The notes under the pieces are model-generated. The model saw only the letters and a list, made by a program, of their open reading frames with translations, did not search any database and was not told the origin of the DNA. Position numbers and translations under genes: made by a program. Below are positions 1 through 12,603 of a DNA stretch of 20,000 bases, piece by piece (the first letter of the stretch is position 1; every line of letters starts with the position of its first letter). The DNA comes from Chiloscyllium plagiosum. Lineage: Eukaryota. Location: positions 814,887 through 834,886 of the forward strand of contig NC_057750.1 of NCBI RefSeq assembly GCF_004010195.1, read 5' to 3'.

Positions 1-385
1 GTGAATTCAATGGGAGAAATGGTCTGCTTCCACACCAAGGAATTCTTTGATTCCTGTGAGGTGTTGTGCTTGGGGAAAACAAACAGGACAAAATGATCCT
101 CCGAAAGTCACTCAAGGAAATTGTATTCAGAATGTGCCACAAGGTTTATTCACCTGTAGCTCCAGGTCAAATCAATGCCCAATGTTTCTAACCCCCTTCA
201 TACTAACACTCCCTGAGTGACGGGCACAGCTGAAGCTCAACTGCTGATCTCCTGGTGGGATGTGATGTTAGTTACAGTTCACTGTGTGTTCATCCAAATC
301 CACAGATGCAAATTGTCAGGCCATTTATGAGTCAGATATCTGATGTTTATTGGCAACCTGAGCAAGCTTCTGGTATCACAGACTT

Positions 386-1310
386 ACACACACACACACA
401 CATGTATACACACGCGCACACACACATATATACATGAATACACACCCTATACACACGCACACACACACATGCATGTGTACATACACACACCGTATACACA
501 TGCACACACACACATACATGTATACACACAACCCATATACACATGCACACACACAGTATACACATGCACACATATACATGTATACACACACCATATACAC
601 ATGCACCCACACACATGCATGTATGCACACACTGTATACACATGCACGCACACATGTATACACACACTGTATGCACATGCACACACACATACATGTATAC
701 ACACACACCGTATACACATGCACACACACATACATGTATACACACACACACTGTGTACACATGCACACACACACATTCATGTATACAAACACACCATATA
801 CACATGCACACACACACATGCATGTATACACACACTGTATACACATGCACACACACATACATGTATACACACACACTGTATATACATGCACACACACATA
901 CATACATGTATACACACACACCATATACACATGCACACACACATATACGTATACACACACACCGTATACACATGCACACACACACATACATACATGTATA
1001 CACATACACGATATACATATACACACACATACATGCATACCCCCACTCACACTGTATACACATACACACACACACATATATGTACACACACACACATACT
1101 CACACATGCATATATGGACACACACAAGAACATGCACATGTACATGCCTCCACACACATACACACATACGCACGGACACACGTATACATATGCACACACA
1201 TACACACAGAGACAAGAATACACACATGTATGCACTCTCACACACACACGCCCATGCATGCATGTGCATACACAGGCACACACGTATATGCACGTGCACG
1301 CACGCACAGA
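386..1310. repeat. CA/TA-rich low-complexity microsatellite-like tract
   Basis: Almost pure alternating purine-pyrimidine sequence (cacacacatacatgtatacac...). It accounts for the His/Thr/Tyr- and Val/Cys-rich ORFs in all six frames. Confidence 0.95.
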
Positions 1311-2079
1311 GTCTACATTCTATACTTTGTGTTTGCTGATGTAACTCTCTGTACACACCCTCCTACTGGCTCTGTGATGTAGAAAGGGATGGTGCAGTTA
1401 TCTTTCATACTGCAATGTCAAATGTCCTGATGTCGCTGGTTTAAATGTGCAGTGTTTGTCTGTTTTGGGATCTGTACCACAATACACACATACATACATG
1501 TATACACACACACCATATACACATGCACACACACATATACGTATACACACACACCGTATACACATGCACACACACACATACATACATGTATACACACACA
1601 CGATATACATATACACACACATACATGCATACCCCCACTCACACTGTATACACATGCACACACACACACGTATGTACACACACACACATACTCACACATG
1701 CATATATGGACACACACAAGAACATGCACATGTACATGCCCCCACATGCATACACACATACACACGGACACACGTATACATATGCACACACATACACACA
1801 GAGACAAGAATACGCACATGTCTGCACTCTCACACACACACGCCCATGCATGCATGTGCATACACAGGCACACACGTATATGCACGTGCACGCACGCACA
1901 GAGTCTACATTCTATACTTTGTGTTTGCTGATGTAACTCTCTGTACACACCCTCCTACTGGCTCTGTGATGTAGAAAGGGATGGTGCAGTTATCTTTCAT
2001 ACTGCAATGTCAAATGTCCTGATGTCGCTGTTTTAAATGTGCAGTGTTTGTCTGTTTTGGGATCTGTACCACAATACAC
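892..2079. repeat. Tandem duplication, 592-bp period (copy 1 about 892-1487, copy 2 about 1484-2079)
   Basis: The unique anchor 'aatacac' after 'gggatctgtaccac' is at 1481 and 2073. The unique block 'gagtctacattctatactttgtg...' occurs twice. The copies differ by scattered substitutions (gctggttt/gctgtttt, aatacacaca/aatacgcaca). Confidence 0.95.
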
Positions 2080-2539
2080 CAGGATCAAGGAGATTAAGAA
2101 ACATCAACCGATTCTCCAGAGGTTTGCAGTTATAATAAAAAGTCTGAGTTTCATAACAATTGATTTCAAAAGATTTGCATGTGTGTCACTAACAGAAGAC
2201 AAAGTGGTAATATTTATCTAATAGCAATGAGATTCCTACTCACCAGCAGATGGTGATATGAGGTGGTGTATCTGTACCGAAAGCCAGCATTCTCTCATGA
2301 TGGTGTTCTACACACTCCAGCAGGCACCCTGTGCAGTCCTCCAGGCTCTTACACTCACCTCTCACCATTGCAAAAACCTTCGATTCCAACCATCTCGCAG
2401 GGATGTGGGTCTGAGTGAAATCTGGAAAAGGATTTAAACCAAGAACCAATTATTGCCTCACTCAGCGTTCAATGGAACTCTTAAAGCATTCCTGTCAAAT
2501 GTGCAGCTTACAAATTAACACAGAAAACCAACAACAAAT

Positions 2540-3260
2540 TAGCAGCAGAGTCACCAGGATGACAAGGTTTAGCTGCATTCAGAGAATGGAGAAGCTGGGG
2601 CTATGTTCCCTGAGAGCAGAGAAGACTGAGGGGAAATTCAACAGAGATTATCAAAATTGTGATGGGCTTTGATCAACTGAGTAGAGACAGTGTTCCTTCT
2701 GAATGGTGGCTCATTAATGAGATGTCATAGATTTAAAACAATCAGCAAAATAGCCGATTGGGGAAATAAGGAGACAATACAGAGGTTTGTTACAGATCTA
2801 GAACAAAGAATCTCTACAGTGTTGAAGCAGGCCATTCAGCCCATCGAGTCCACACAAAACCTCTGACGGGTATCTCACCAAAACCACCCTATCCTTGTGT
2901 TTCCCATGGCTAACCCACATCTTTGGACTGTGGGAGGAAACCAGAGCAAACCTGCACAGCGATGGGGAGAATGTGCAAACTCCACACAGACAGTCGCCTG
3001 AGGGTGGAATCAAAGCCAGGCCCCTGACACTGTGAGGCTGCAGTGCTAACCATTGAGCCACTGTGACTCCCTGGAACATGCAGCCTGGAAGGTTGTAGTT
3101 AGATTTGAAAAGAACACTCAAACAACAGTTGGACAAACACATGAAGTGAACTAATTGCTTCTGGGATAGATGCCGGGTGTAAGACTAATTTGATAACTAC
3201 TTCAAAGAGCTGGTACAAACGTGATGGGCTAAATAGTCACCTATGCTGTCAGATTCTAAA
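2540..3260 (+). mobile_element. Old degenerate CR1 LINE 3' fragment, split by a SINE at 2799-3070
   Basis: RMEKLGLCSL plus a shifted EQRRLRG motif of the CR1 ORF2 C-terminus at about 2584-2660. After the SINE it resumes with a WN..P-like segment and a CR1-type 3' UTR (gtgatgggctaaatagtcacctatgctg). Confidence 0.7.
2799..3068 (-). mobile_element. tRNA-derived V-SINE (HE1-like shark SINE)
   Basis: Minus strand begins with an A-box-like cagtggctcaatggttagcactgcagcctcacag and a B-box-like gctttgattcc. It then has the V-domain core tgtgtggagtttgcacattctcccc and a CR1-derived 3' tail (gatgggctgaatggcctgcttc). Imperfect TSD: ctagaaca (2798-2805) and ctggaaca (3071-3078). Confidence 0.9.
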
Positions 3261-3315
3261 GTACCAATGTGAAAAAAATGGATCTTTGTTTCTTTCAGTT
3301 CTGTCATATGCGTAT

Positions 3316-3505
3316 CCTGGAAGGGAGTTTCAGAAATCCAGCGACACTGAAGGAAAGGCGATATATTTCCAAGTCAGGATGGTGAGTGGCTCAGAGGGGA
3401 ATTTGCAGGGGATGGTGTTCCCATGTATCTGCTGCCCATGTCCTTTTAGATGGAAGTGTTCATGAGTTTGAAGGTGCTGTCTGAGAATCTTTGGGAAACT
3501 GCAAA
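3316..3505 (-). mobile_element. Fragment of a CR1/L2-group LINE ORF2 3' region, same family as 15720-16120
   Basis: The reverse complement aligns with 15800-15980 (aagattctcagacagcacc...gcagatacatgggaacacca...caccatcctgacttggaaatatatcg). Confidence 0.8.
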
Positions 3506-3684
3506 TTACTGGAGAACTCAAGACAAATAAAGTGATCTTCAAGACACTGCAGGCCTTGGAAATGCAATTGGAACTCCAGGCAGCAAGAAACTAAAGGGTT
3601 TTCTCTTTTTAATTCACACATGAAGCTACTGATATCAGCATTCCATTGGTAAAAATATACCATTGATGTAGTCAGTACACAAGA

Positions 3685-4315
3685 GCCTTCATTGGTCAGA
3701 GCATTGAGTATATGAGTTGGGAGGTCATGTTGCAGCTGTACAGGACATTGATTAGGCTACTTTTGGAATACCGTGTGCAGTTCCGGTCTCCCTCCTATCG
3801 GAAGGATGTTGTGAAACTTGAAAGGGTTCAGAAAAGATTTACAAAAATGTTGCCAGGGTTGGAGGATTTGAGCTATAGGGAGAGGCTGAACAGGCTGGGG
3901 CTGTTTTCCCTGGAGCTTCGGAGGCTGAGGGGTGACCTTATAGAGGTTTATAAAATCATGAGGAGCATGGATATGGAAAATAGACAAGGTATTTTCTCTA
4001 GAGTCGGGGAGTCCAGAACTAGAGGGCAAAGGTTAGGGGTGAGAGGGGAAAGATTTAAAAGCAACATTAGGGGCAACTTTTTCACATAGACACGATGCGT
4101 GTATGGAATAAGCTGCCAGAGGAAGTGGTGGAGGCCGGTACAATTGCAACATTTAAAAGGTGTCTGGATGGGCATATGCATAGGAAGGGTTTAGAGGGGT
4201 ATGGGCCGGGTGCTGGCAAATGGGACTAGCTTAATTTAGAATATCCAGTAGGCATGGACGGGTTGGACTGAAGGGTCTGTTTCCGTGCTGTACATCTCTA
4301 TGACTCTATGACTCT
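3685..4315 (+). mobile_element. 5'-truncated CR1 LINE (ORF2 C-terminus and 3' UTR)
   Basis: ORF 3712-4089 reads LYRTLIR..LEY..QF.SP..LERVQKRFTKMLPGL..RL..LGLFSLE.RRLRGDLIEVYKI, the hallmark CR1 ORF2 end. It terminates in a (ctctatga)n tail at about 4296-4315. Confidence 0.95.
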
Positions 4316-6510
4316 GTGTGAATTCGCTGGTTTAACCTGTTGCTCATTTTTTTGAAATACTGCCCATGAACAGAATGTTGTCATTAGTCCCAAAGAGGGT
4401 CTGTTTTCACACTACTGAACAACATTGGGCATGGCTTTCTGTGCCAGGGCTATGCCATACATACAGGTCATAAATCCCTGCTTGAATTAAATCATGTGCT
4501 CCTTTCGCTGTTAAAACCAGTTACAGGACAGACTCTACTCACCCCAAGCCACGCTCACAAAATCCAAAACACGACACCTTCTGTTAGACATAATTCTGCA
4601 CTTTGGCAGCACTGACAGAACAATCCCAAGTGTGCTAACAGCTGTATTGTTAAGGTAATTGATTAGGTTTGTAACATAGCTCATTGATACATGCTGGAAA
4701 TATATCGATTCATCTTCACTCACAGAGGCCCATTCTGTACAAAGTGATGGAACCTGTACATGCTATGTGCCTGCTTTAAACTCCGGATATGTTGGGCAGA
4801 GACTGACGGGCGTGTCTGCTGTCCCCTGTTGCTATCTCTATGTCAATGCCTTAGTCTCTCAGAGTCGACTTGCCAACCAATCTTCACCCTTTTCACTAAA
4901 ACAAATTGTTGTGACTGTTTGAAATTTAGCATTCTTGAGCAAATCCTGATAAGTGCAACCACATGTTTCACTCTTCTTAGCAACATTCAAATTCCACATT
5001 ACACTGTGCCAACCACTGCACCTTTAACACAGAGACAATGTCATTTGAAAGCTTCAATGCTGTTGTGAAAAATTACCTGGCAGCATTCCCAGAGACTTGG
5101 CTAGACCTTACTTGTAGATCTTCCAGTGTTTTGACTTGAATGATGTGTTGGCCACATTTGTTAATGACCTTTAAAGGCCAAGTGACAAGCATTTTCTGCT
5201 TCATTGATAAATATCTGCTGTGTCCCATACAAACACACTCAAGCCTGATAAATATATGGGTCAAAGCATCGGAGGTGGTAATGGTACATCTCAGCACCAA
5301 GACAGTCAAATTTTCCATTCCAATCGCCTCCTTTGAGAAAAATGCCAACCTGTCAGAGGTTTATGAAAATAACTAAAATTTCTGAAACACAAACTTATAA
5401 CTAAGTGAGTTTGCGAAATGTGATTAAAACGAAAGCTGATTGTTTGCACCTGTATTATTAGCTTCACAGTTAACCAACAGCGAAAATGAGAATTGGAATA
5501 GAAACATCCGATTCCAAGGATGGTGTGGGAATGTGCAGTTATAGTGTGAGGTTGCATAACAACAGAAATGTCACCTTACTCAGGGTAGAATGTGTATGGA
5601 ATGCTGGAAATGTTGGCATATAAGGGGTAAAGTTTGCATATGGTATGGGTTAATGGAATGAACCAGGCATAAAGTATTTGGAGAAGATTAATCAAATCAT
5701 AAATTGGGTTAAGCAAGTACACTAGAAAGAAATAGGAAATTTAGTTAGTTTAATAAGTAGTATTTACATTTAATTCATTTATTTTTGTTCAAGAAAGGTT
5801 CACTGATGTAACAGACTCACACAATACTGCAAAAATGCTACGTGCTATTAATTCAGAATAAGCTTTGAGTTGTTTTTGAAGCTGGGGTGGTGGTCACCCA
5901 GTACCATTCTGAATGAAGTCCCTCCAGGATCAAACTATGGGGAGCTCAAGGCTGTGAGAATAACACAGGCTCTGGGAAGGAGATACCTAGAAGGACAGAG
6001 AAAGGAATGTTACACACCCCTGCCAGTTAGGAATGTGTTAAAAACAAAGTGTTTGTTCAAAACAGATCTTCCAATGTAAAAATATCTGAGATTTCTTGCT
6101 AAGGGCAGAGATGTACTTTGGAGCCATTCCTGCAGGAGTTCTCGCCCAGTGCATTAACAAAAATATACCTGTTCCTGAATGTCCCGAGGTTATTTCATCC
6201 AATAATCTACCTCAACAGGACAGAGTGCTTCCCAGAATGATGTCCTCCATTGCCAGGTTATGGCATCGGTACAGTTTACATTGATTAATTGTTTTGGTAG
6301 TTGCACCATCCACAACTTCTAGAAGTCCTCTAGGTCAATGCTAAAGTTTGGGATCAGTATGAACTCTGGGGAAAGGAACCTAGCAGTTTTCTCGATGTGC
6401 TTTTGGATAGGGTTACATCAGAGATGCCACAATTGTTCCGAATGATTTCAGGGTTTGGACTTGGAGGACTGACTCCGCTTCTGGCTGCCGCTAACTAACC
6501 TGTGAGCTGG

Positions 6511-7140
6511 ATAGGAGCAAATTACTGCAGATGCTGGATGCCACATTACCAAAAGGATGTGGACACTTTGGAGAGGATGCAGAGAAGGTTTACGAGGATG
6601 TTGCCTGATATGGAAGGTGCTAGCTATTAAAAGGAAGTTGAGTAGGTTAGATTTATTTTCACTAGAAAAAAGGAGATTGAGGGGGGACCTGATTGAGGTT
6701 TACAAAATCATGAAGGGTATAGACAGGGTGGATAGAGACAAGCTTTTTCCCAGGGTGAAGGATTCAATAACGAGAGGTCATGCTTTCAAGGTGAGAGGTG
6801 GAGAGTTTAAGGGGGATACATGCGATAAGTACTTCACAAAGAGGGTGGTGGGTGTTTGGAATGCATTGCCAGCAGAGGCGGTAGAGACAGGCACGGTAGA
6901 TTCATTTCAGATGCATCTGGACAGATGCATGTGTAGGTGGGGAGCAGAGGGATACAGATGCTTAGGAATTGACCGACTGGTTTAGACAGTCCATTTGGAT
7001 CAGTTCAGGCTTAGAGGGCCGAAGGGCCTGTTCCTGGGCTGTAAATTTTCTTTGTTCTTTGCTCTAGATGCTGGAGATCGCAGCAGGTCAGGCAGCATCC
7101 ATGGAGAGCGAGGAAGCTAATGTTTTGACTCTTTATCCAA
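6511..7140 (-). mobile_element. Degenerate Penelope-like terminal (pLTR) fragment, 6511-6538 plus 7066-7140, interrupted by a CR1
   Basis: ataggagcaaattactgcagatgctgga...gatcgcagcaggtcaggcagcatcc is the reverse complement of the hammerhead-bearing element at 14116-14264. Confidence 0.7.
6539..7065 (+). mobile_element. 5'-truncated CR1 LINE (ORF2 C-terminus and 3' UTR)
   Basis: Translation LDLFSLEKRRLRGDLIEVYKIMKGIDRVD..TRGH..FTKRVVGVWNALP. The 3' UTR gggccgaagggcctgttcc is followed by a (ttctttg)n-type tail. Confidence 0.93.
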
Positions 7141-7785
7141 GCAGAATGAGCTCTGGGTAGCTCAGCAATGCTGAACATTAAGGTCCAGTAAGAGAGAATG
7201 ACTTCCTAATGAGGCTAGCAGAGAATCCAACATAATATTAACCAGCACCTTGAAGGGAGACAGCAAGGAGGAGATAACAGGAAGAGATTATCACAGATGG
7301 AAATGTCTGAACTTTTATAGCGCTTTCACTCTCTAGAACCTGGGAACAGATGGCCTCATTACTGAGATCAGAAAACTTTAATAAAATGACCTCAGAAATG
7401 GTGATTGCTGTTTATGAATTGGACATCAGACATTAGAATCAGTGACACTGGTTGCTTTGTGTATGTGGATGAATGCTGAATACCTGAGTCTGTGAAGCTA
7501 ATCCCCTGGAGCTGGGAGAAAGTGCTTCAGCAAGTGATGGCACCTGGAATTATCTGACCCAAAAAATATTGCTTAAGTGAGCTGCAGACACAGCACTGAA
7601 AAATCAATTGTGACCCAGAGTCTGCACTGTAACGTTTATAAAGTGAGAAAGAGATTGCAAGCAAACAGGGAAGTTGGAAAATCGTCAGTCTCCTTCTAAT
7701 TTCAACAGCTTGTTATTGATGATAGTTTGTTAGGAACCTATTCAAATCCGAATTGGCTTCTCGACCATTTCCCAGGTCTTATTTA

Positions 7786-9400
7786 TAGAATCATAGAATC
7801 ATAGAATTTTACAGCACAAAAGGAGGCTGTTCAACCCACTGTGTCTGTACTAGCTCCTGAACGAACTACCCAGCTAGTCCCACTCTCCAGCCCTATCTCC
7901 ATCACCCTGTAATTTTATCCCTTTCAAATACATACCCAGCTCTCTTTTGAAACCTCCTCTGGAGATCCACGTCCACCATTCTCCCAGGCAGCGCATTCCA
8001 AATCCCAACAACTCTCTGAGTGAAAAAAGTTTCTCCTCATCTCACTCCGAGCTCTCTTGCCAACAATCCTGAAACTGTGACTGATGTACAAACTAGTGGA
8101 AACAGAATATCGTCTTTTACTTGGTCAAAATAGCTCATCATTTTGAACGCCTCAATAAGGTAACCTCTTAATCTTCTCTGCTCCAAGGAGAATAAACCCA
8201 ATCTCCCCAACCTTTCCTTGTGTCTAAAATCTTTCATTCCTGCTATCATTCCAGTAAATCTCCTTTGAGACCTCTCTTAGGCTTTAATATCTTTCCTAAT
8301 ATAAGGTGCCCAGAACTGAACACAATATCCCAAATATGATCTGACCAATGGTCTGTAGAGGTGTAGCATCACTTCCTTGCTTTTATATAATATGTTTCTG
8401 TTCATAAACCCAGGGATCATATAAGAATTCCTCAAATGTATCCAGCCACCCTCAGAGAATCATGTACATGAATCCCGAACTCCCTCAACTCCTGTCCTCC
8501 CCTCAGAGTTGTACCATTGAGCCTGTATTGTCTCTCCACGTTCCTTCCACCAAAATGCATTGCCTCATATTTCCTTTCATTAAAATTCATCTGCCAGGTG
8601 TCTGCCGTTTGGCCAATGTGTTAATGTCCCTCTGAAGACACTCAGCATCATCCCCTCAATTCACTCTTCTCCCTGGATTAGTATCATTCCGAGAGTTTGC
8701 CTTAAACCACCTATCTCCAAACCGCTTATATAAATCAGAAAAAGCAAAGATCCCTATACCAGTCCCTGGGGAATTTCACTTTCAACTCGTCTCCAATCGG
8801 AGAACTGCCCATTTTTCCCTTCCCCCTGCTTCCAATCTTTTAGTTAATTATATTGCATCAAACCCAAACATTTCTAATTTGCCACCCAGCCTGCAATGTG
8901 GCACTGTACCAAATGCTTTCTGGAAGTCCAAATATACAACATCCCCAGCACTACCCTCATCCATTGTCTGTGCCACCTCGTCAAACAACTCAATTAAATT
9001 TGTCAGACATGACCTGCCCTTGATTAAACTATGCTGACTGTTCAATGTGAAATTATTCTTCCCTAAGTGTATTTTTATGTATTCCCACATTGTGGTTGCC
9101 CTCAGTTTTCCGCAATTGATGTCAAGCTGATAGGTCTGGACTTTCCTGGGTTATCCTTTGCCTGTTTCTTAAACAATGGTTACAATCCTCTTCTCACCCG
9201 GGACTCATCCAATATTCAGAGATGCCTAGAAAATTTTTGTTAATGGTTTCGCAGTTTGCCTCCTTAGTTCTCTCAACAATCTCAGATCATCCCGTCTGGG
9301 TCTGGTGACTTGTCTACCCGGAGTGCTGCCAGCCTTTTAAGCACCATGCCTTAACCTGTCATCATACTGCTCCGTTAATCAATACACACATTTTCAATTG
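7786..9400 (-). mobile_element. Decayed CR1 LINE, about 1.6 kb, covering the RT domain to the 3' tail
   Basis: Minus-strand peptides SQHSLIKGRSCLTNLIELFDEV..DVVYLDFQKAF..VPH (8848-9090) and LGLFSLEQRRLRG (8037-8249). The (atagaatc)n tail lies at 7786-7807. Multiple stops and frameshifts. The 5' boundary is approximate. Confidence 0.92.
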
Positions 9401-9415
9401 AGCCATTGTCACTAA

Positions 9416-9953
9416 TGCAGTGATTTTAACAATGTCAGCCAGCTGTTAATCTAACCCAATCAGGGAGCCCTGGCTGACAGATTATAAAAGGAGTGAGCAT
9501 GGCGCAGACCGAGAGCCAGAAGGGGTATAAGGGCGAGTGCCTTTGAGTGGCCGGAAGGTGGAAGGGACGGGTGGCTTGCTGGGTTGTCAGGGGTGTCAGT
9601 GTTATATGCATTGTTTTATTGTTCGGTTTATCGGACTGTCTGTTTGTGATAGCATTCACTGTTTTCTCTTTGATATGATACAGAGGGATTTAAGTTTTCT
9701 CCTCATTCCCCTGCGACCTGGTTGTATGGTGAGGTTTGGGGTTTGGCCTTGCTGCCCCCTTCCCTCATGTTAACTGTTTGTTTGTAATTTGGAGTGGTTA
9801 ATAATTTTTTTTTTAAAATAAAAAGAGGAGTCTCAGAGATTCTGGCACTCTGAGTGCTGGCTCTGAAGAAGCAGTACTCACAGTCGAGGACTGTTTTGTG
9901 TGTAAGTACAGGGTGATTTGGCGACAGGGTACCAGCTCTGTGGAGTTATTTCA
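9416..9953 (+). mobile_element. 5' LTR of a Gypsy/Ty3 retrotransposon (contains an insertion at 9495-9824)
   Basis: TG...CA termini (tgcagtgatt...agttatttca), a CCAAT box near 9456 and TATAAAA near 9483. The 3' end is followed immediately by the PBS. The 5' boundary is inferred. Confidence 0.65.
9495..9824 (+). mobile_element. About 330-bp insertion in the LTR, resembling a non-LTR retroposon 3' end (L1/Tx1-like, family unassigned)
   Basis: GT-rich body ending in aaaataaaaa. Flanked by the imperfect duplication aaaaggagt (9486-9494) and aagaggagt (9823-9831). Confidence 0.55.
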
Positions 9954-9954
9954 G

Positions 9955-9964
9955 TGGCAACGAG
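9955..9964 (+). promoter_or_regulatory. Primer binding site, probably tRNA-Ser(GCU)
   Basis: TGGCAACGAG lies 1 nt after the LTR CA end. It has one mismatch to TGGCGACGAG, the complement of the tRNA-Ser 3' end as I recall it. Confidence 0.65.
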
Positions 9965-11172
9965 AGTAAAGTCCGTTCCTGAAGAAACGCGTCAGCAACA
10001 GTTGCCTTTGAGTTGGGGTAAGCGTTTTTTACATCATGCCTCTGTTTGGGAAGCTTGATTCAGTTAATCCTGCCAGCAAGGATTGGGCCCAATATGTGGA
10101 AATAATGCATTATCTTTTCTGAACAAATGATAATGTGGCAGATTAAAAGCAGTGAGTTATTCTCCTTATAACCTGTAAAGTCGCTGCTTTTTCTGTCATT
10201 AGGAGTCTAACCTTCTCTGAGGTGCCAGATACTCAAACCTTTCAAGAGTTGATGGACATGGTTAAGGAATATTGCAACCCAAGCCTTCTTGAATTCTAAG
10301 AGGCTGTCGATTTTATTCAGCAAATCGAGAATCAGCAGAACCTGTATTGGGATTTTTGACTAGGTTGAGATGACATGCAGAAGCATGTGACTTTGGTTTA
10401 ACCCTTAATGAGATGCTGAGAGACCGTTGGGTATGTCTAACCATGCAAAAGTGCCAACTAGCTGAAACCCAACTCGACTTCAACTGGCTTTAACATGAGA
10501 AAATGTGACAAGTGGGGCCTATGGGTTGCAGGGTGTTCCGATGGGAGTGGGCACCCTCACCAGTCCGACTAAGTTTGGAGAACACTACTTGAGTATATCC
10601 TGAACAGAGGGACTCCAGGTCAGCGCACAGAATAGGCAGCACTAGTCGGACTGATTGTGAAGCCAGACAGGTTGGTTCACCTTTGTGGGGATTTTAAACA
10701 AATCGTAAACTGCTTTTTTGCAGCTGGACAAACATCCGATCCCTTACATAGAGAACTTACACATAAAACTGGCAGGGGGGCTGTCCTTCACAAAGCTGGA
10801 TATGAGCCATGCATGCTTACAATTGCACTTAGACAAGGATTCTCAGAAGTATGTTACAATTAATATCCAGAAGGGCTTTTACCAATATATGAGATTGCCA
10901 TTTGTGCAATTTTTCAGAGAATGATGGAGAGCATTTTGCAAGGTTTACCCAGATCGCCATTTACTTCAATGACATTCTAATAACAGGGAAAACTAATAAG
11001 GAACAATTAGACAACTTGGACGTAGTCCTAAGGTGGACATATTCCTTCGAGGGAAGAATGTGTGTTCCAGGCCCCCAAGTGGCCCTACTTAGGTGACAGA
11101 GTCAACAAAACCAGGTTACACCCGTTGGAAGGTAAAGTGATGCCGATCAAAGGGGGCCTAGCTCCCACATCT

Positions 11173-11242
11173 CTACTGGATCCTACTGGATCCTACTGGA
11201 TCTACTGGATCTACTGGATCCTACTGGATCTACTGGATCCTA
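11173..11242. repeat. Minisatellite (CTACTGGAT[C]) x7 inside Gypsy pol
   Basis: Seven units of 10,10,9,9,10,9,10 nt counted directly. Confidence 0.95.
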
Positions 11243-12603
11243 GGTCATTCCTTGGGCTGGTGAATTATTACGGAATATTCATACACAACCTGGCCTCAAT
11301 CCTGGCATCTTTGTACAGCCTTGGAAATGGTCACATAGACAAGCCCTAGCTTACAGTGAATGTAAGAAAGAGCTGTCACCCTCTAAGATGTCAGCACACC
11401 GTCATTCCCCAGAAAAACATGCATTGCCCCGCCCCCCATAAGGTATCAGAGTGGTATTACCTCATAGGTGGCCCAATGGAGAGAATGCCCAATAATGTAT
11501 GCATCCAGGACTTTGGTTAATGCAGAGCATAAATACACTCAGATAGAGAAGGAAGGTTTTGTGGTCATATTTGGAATCAGGAAGTTCCATTAATACCTTT
11601 AGAATGGACCACAAACCACTGCTAGGTCTACTTAAAGAGGTTAAGGCAATGCCGCCCATAGCTTTGGTCTGCATTCAATGGTGGGCTAAAGTGTTAACTG
11701 TACAATTACAAGTTGAAATATTGTCCATGAGGCCGGACAGCAAATGCTGGTGCATTGAGCTGCCTCCCACTGGCAGATACATCACTGATGGGACTGTCAC
11801 TGGAAGAGTCCGCAAAGGTTTTACATTTTCTGGATGCACATCCAGTCACAGCCAACAATATCAGACTTTGGACACAGGAAGATCCGGTCCTGACCAAACT
11901 GAACCAGCTGGTGGTGATGGTGGCAGACCAAAGGGCCATCACAACCAGAATTGAAACCGTTTTGGACCCAGAGAGACAGCGCAGTACGGTGTGTTATTAT
12001 GGGGAGCAAGAGGGATTGTCCCAAGCAAAGGTCACCACGTGATACTGGCTGAACTCCACCAGGGTCATCCAGGGGTTTCTAAAATGAAAGATGTTGGTGA
12101 AAAGTTATCTCTTGTGGCCAGGATTGAATGCAGACAAAGCTGTGTTAGTGGGGCAGTGCCCAGAGTACCAACAAGGACAAAACTTACTGCCAGTAGATGT
12201 CCCACATCCATGGGAATGGCCAGGTAAATCCTGGACTCAGTTACACATCTTCTCTATAGGTCGTTTCATGGGCTCAATGCTTTCAGTCATTGTAAATGCC
12301 TAGTTAAACTGGCTGTACGTACATAGAGTTCATTCATCAAATATGGAGACAGACAATGGACAAACCACGCATGGGCTCTGAGAAATTTTGGTCACAGCTA
12401 ATGGACAATTGTTTACTAAGAATTTGGCATTTTCTGGGATTTAACATATAAGGACAGCTCCATACCACCCATCATCCAATGGCCTGGCAGAAAGAGCACT
12501 CCAAACTTTGAAGGCAGGCTTAAAGAAACAGTCTACAACCTCACTAGATACCAAACTGTCCTGGCTCTTATTTCATTATAGGACCACCCCTCACACAACT
12601 ACA

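Noticed and set aside
343..1974. Long His/Thr/Tyr- and Val/Cys-rich ORFs (up to 333 aa) on both strands
   Set aside because: Artefacts of stop-free CA/TA dinucleotide repeats. They are open in all six frames.
2990..3068. tRNA gene
   Set aside because: The A/B-box-like sequence is the head of the V-SINE, with no complete cloverleaf.
6529..7075. Apparent 10-bp TSD agatgctgga around the CR1
   Set aside because: The host PLE terminus natively has two similar atgctgga motifs (compare 14200-14245 reversed). This more likely reflects a small target deletion than a true TSD.
11173..11242. CRISPR-like or other spacer array
   Set aside because: No spacers, units of only 9-10 nt, and a vertebrate context.
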